Shown: one piece after another, positions 62,285 to 64,000 of the stretch
How positions within the stretch are numbered: position 1 is the stretch's first letter
Layout of the letters: each line of letters starts with the position of its first letter
NCBI RefSeq assembly: GCF_006345805.1
Contig: NC_043020.1
Coordinates: 27,094,001-27,158,000 of the forward strand
Length of the DNA stretch: 64,000 nucleotides
Direction of reading: 5' to 3'
Source of the DNA: Octopus sinensis
Taxonomy: Eukaryota
The notes under the pieces: generated by a model
The model's database searches: none
Seen by the model: the letters and a program-made list of their open reading frames with translations, nothing else
What the model was told of the DNA's origin: nothing
Made by a program: the position numbers and the translations under genes

Positions 62285-62892
62285 TATAAAATAGTGCAAC
62301 TTTACACCAGTAAATTTGGAACATAGTGAAATCTATTGGTTGGCTTGTTTTATTGATCATAATTGTGTATAGTAAAATTACTTGCGACTCTTTGTTGTAT
62401 CTGATGGCGTTACTATAATGCTGAACCCTTTCCAAAACGGATTTATGATTTGTTTGGCCTCTTAAGAAATTTTAACTTTATAAGCGTGAAAGGAAAAGAT
62501 TAATAGTTATTTGTAATATATTTTTATGCAGGCGTTCCCTGATACTTGGAATGTAGTCCAAGGGTTCTCCAAGAGGGGAAAAGTTAGGGAACACTGCCTT
62601 AACCCTTTAGCATTTAAAACAGCCACATCCGGTTGAAACATTCTATTTTATGCTCAAACTGGCCAAATCTGGCCTTTCACACCTACCCTACAATGTCATT
62701 CTAAAACTGTACAGTCACATCATAGAATCTCAAAGGTACCAGATAATGCCTGATTAATTCAAAATAATGTGACTGCTAAAGGGTTTAGTTAAGATCACAG
62801 TCTAATCTGATCCAGTATGTTGCTATTTTAAAGAGATAGGAATTTTTGCTGTTTTTCAAATGGTGTTTTATGTTTTTTTTTTTTTCTTCTAG

Positions 62893-63060
62893 GATATGGA
62901 AAAATGGGCGAAAACATTGAACGCTCAAAAGGAGGCTATCAAAGAAGGTTTTAAGAAGACAAGTGTAAATATCATAGGCCCCATTGCTCCTATGAAACGG
63001 GTGATTGAAGAACGTGAGTCTGCAACTGCTGACGCTGGCTATGCAATCCTTGAGAAAACG
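62893..63060 (+). CDS. RBM5: RBM5/10 coding exon 16: [14 protein letters not shown]...[15 protein letters not shown]
   Basis: ttctag acceptor, ACG|gtaagc donor; conserved family motifs. Confidence 0.95.
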
Positions 63061-63749
63061 GTAAGCGCTCTGGTTTAAGATTTTCTAGTGTAGACATCTT
63101 GTGTATCATTATCATCGCTATCGTTTAACATCCATCTTCCGTGCATGCATAGGTAGGCTGGTTCACAGGAGCTGGCCAGGTAGAAAAATTACCCTATGCT
63201 ACTGTATCTCTTTTGGCAGGGTTTTTACAGCTGGATGCCCTTCCTAACACCAACCTCTCTGCAGGGTGGGCTTGGTGCTTTTTATGTGGCACTAGCACAG
63301 GCAAGGTTAGTTTTGGCATCATTTTTACAGCTGGATGCCCTTCCAAATGCCAACCACTACACAAAGTGGACTTGATGCTTTTTACGTAGCACCAGCACTG
63401 GCAGGGTAACCAAGTAACTCGCAAGACAAGGGATTATGAGAGGAGCAGAGGCATTTGAGGAGGGGAACTTGTGCCAGAGAATGAAAGGTTAGAGGGTGAC
63501 AAAGAGACAGAGGCAGAAACAGGTGTCTTGCTATAACGGAGGGGGGGCATTGGAGGTGGTGACCCAGTATCAGATGATAAAAGGTTATTCATAGGAGGAT
63601 AAGGTGCACCCATCATCTTTTGGATGCACATTTTATCATCAGATCAGAATAGTTGGCCGAGTGTAAATGTGTGTGCTGTAACAGTTTCCATATTTCTCTT
63701 CTTTTCTGTCTTCGTTCTAAGCTTAATCTCTTTCCTTTAATTATTGCAG

Positions 63750-63803
63750 AGTAGCGGCAGAGGTCTAGAAGACAAACGGTTAATGCCCCCACCTTGTCCA
63801 ATG
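63750..63803 (+). CDS. RBM5: RBM5/10 coding exon 17: SSGRGLEDKRLMPPPCPM
   Basis: Pyrimidine tract and tgcag acceptor, ATG|gtaagt donor, in frame; no downstream exon in the window to confirm. Confidence 0.75.
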
Positions 63804-63913
63804 GTAAGTTCCTGTTGTAAACATCCTTCTTCTGCCTGCAGAGTCTTGACTGCCAAATTGCAAAGCAGATTGTAATTACTCTATACTACTGGTATTTGGT
63901 TTAGAAATACACC

Positions 63914-63916
<3 letters not shown>

Positions 63917-63999
<83 letters not shown>
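63917..63999. repeat. (CT)n microsatellite; many other (TA)n, (CA)n, (CT)n tracts, e.g. 8790-8860, 38510-38790, 42110-42330, 44005-44100
   Basis: Direct reading. Confidence 0.95.

Positions 64000-64000
<1 letters not shown>

Larger units (their letters stand above)
28472..63803 (+). other. RBM5: RBM5/RBM10-family RNA-binding protein gene, coding exons 1-17; 3' part continues beyond the window and 5' UTR exon(s) lie upstream
   Basis: Hand-spliced exon chain with GT-AG introns and matching phases gives 896 open codons containing RRM1 (RGFAFVEF), RanBP2 ZnF (W-x-C-x2-C-x3-N-x6-C-x2-C), RRM2, OCRE and [14 protein letters not shown]. Probably the single invertebrate co-orthologue of RBM5/RBM10 (inference). 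Confidence 0.95.

Overview
AT-rich, repeat-dense animal genomic DNA. The SINE, MITE and (TA)n landscape looks like a coleoid cephalopod, probably Octopus (inference from repeat recognition). One protein-coding gene is present on the + strand: an RBM5/RBM10-family splicing regulator. I traced 17 coding exons by hand from the ATG at 28490 to 63803. All introns are GT-AG and phase-compatible, giving 2688 nt (896 codons) with no stop. Domain order: Pro/Ala/Val-rich N-terminus, RD/RS region, RRM1, RanBP2-type zinc finger, RRM2, Tyr/Gln-rich linker, OCRE, KEKE/'AKDMEKWAK' region. The gene continues past the window end, where C2H2 and G-patch exons are expected. Its first coding exon has a splice acceptor, so non-coding exon(s) and the promoter lie upstream and were not located. 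The rest is tRNA-derived SINEs (working names A, B, E), RTE-tail-type SINE-like repeats (C, D), CR1- and RTE-type LINE fragments, mariner/Tc1, hAT- and piggyBac-type MITEs, Helitron-type elements and microsatellites. Two signals stand out. (1) Two independent head-to-tail SINE-B multimers each have one promoter head, about four units starting at the same internal site, and one shared target-site duplication. (2) A dense cluster of candidate regulatory splicing features surrounds the 74-nt RNP1 exon of RRM1: weak splice sites, in-frame 9/24/39-nt microexon candidates, poison microexon candidates and a possible intronic poly(A) route. This exon corresponds to the vertebrate RBM5/RBM10 exon 6 used for NMD-coupled autoregulation. 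No prokaryotic features, CRISPR arrays, rRNA or intact tRNA genes were found. Family names for repeats are working labels; no database search was run.
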